Made by a program: the position numbers and the translations under genes. Positions 63,214 to 64,000 of a DNA stretch of 64,000 nt are shown in pieces. Source of the DNA: Takakia lepidozioides (lineage: Eukaryota; Plantae; Bryophyta). The stretch spans positions 25,358,001 to 25,422,000 of the forward strand of contig CM060732.1 of assembly GCA_030704615.1 (NCBI GenBank), in the 5' to 3' direction. Below the pieces are notes generated by a model. That model searched no databases, had not been told where the DNA came from, and worked only from the letters and a program-made list of their open reading frames with translations. Each line of letters starts with the position of its first letter. The stretch's first letter is position 1.

Positions 63214-64000
63214 AATGACAACAATTTAATGAAAAAATTGTATGGAGTCAATGCTCACTCGGATTGTTGTTTTCTTGGTCTTCAGTGTCATTGTTCTCAT
63301 CGTTGTTATCCTTTTCAGCATCATCGTTCGTAATTCTCATCATGTCCAGTAGCGACGACATGATCCCCGATGATAGATGAGTGCGGCACATATGTGTGAA
63401 GAGCATGCATAGGCGAGGAGTGTGTGTGCATAGACTAGCGATATTGGTGAGCGAGAGCGGGAGATGGTAGGAGCACGATAAGTTATCAGCCCATTTTTGG
63501 CGCTCATAACTTGCCACCAAGAATCGTGCAGGATTTCTCTGGGATTGTGTCAGGATACCACTAATGGTGTTAAGCGCAGTGGTAACTTTGTCACCGGTGG
63601 TAAGTCGGGTGCCACGTCAGAAGAGTGGTAGCTATCTTCTTAGGTCTGAACGCAGGGATACACTTACCACGCGGGGACGGGCTTAGCACTGACTTAGCAC
63701 AAAGTGTGCACGGACCTTGAGACAATTAACTATTTACGGTCAAACAGCGCAGCAAGACAACTTGTATGATGGTAACTCCTCCAAGACTGTAAATGAAACA
63801 TATCAAGCAACCTATCTCAAAACCTAGAATAACTAGAATAACTTAAAAGAGTATAGAAGCTAGCACTTGTAGAGGTAACTAACGGAGATTGGCACTGAGG
63901 AATTCAGTACCTTATTTAGAGGCCTTTTATTTATTTATTTATTTTCTTATAGAGGCTCTCTAATGAGAAGCCCAATAACTTGTGCTATGCATATGAACTT

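Larger units (their letters stand above)
60195..63717. mobile_element. PIF/Harbinger DNA transposon, full length but decayed
   Basis: TIR AGGTCCGTGCACAC / GTGTGCACGGACCT, flanks TTA/TGA, convergent transposase and Myb-like genes. Confidence 0.93.

Overview
Eukaryotic plant nuclear DNA, not prokaryotic; the 5S rRNA type and TE content suggest a bryophyte-like seedless plant (inference). Left ~10 kb: the 5' part of TON2/FASS (PP2A B'' subunit, minus strand, 8 coding exons, running off the window) and a two-exon VQ-motif gene. Next come Pol III loci (a U6 snRNA variant with USE/TATA; two dispersed 5S rRNA copies), a 1.5 kb TIR element, a deleted Ty1/copia element, tandem arrays, and intron-retaining Aquarius and DUF707 pseudogene fragments. 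From ~29 kb onward it is a TE graveyard: a CACTA element invaded by three self-nested copies of one chromodomain Ty3/gypsy family and then broken by a reconstructable ~18 kb inversion (38238-56260), a retroelement fragment with a PCIF1-like adenine methyltransferase domain in frame with RNase H, fold-back hairpins, a TTAA-flanked piggyBac-like MITE and a decayed PIF/Harbinger element. All homology calls come from recalled family motifs; no searches were run.
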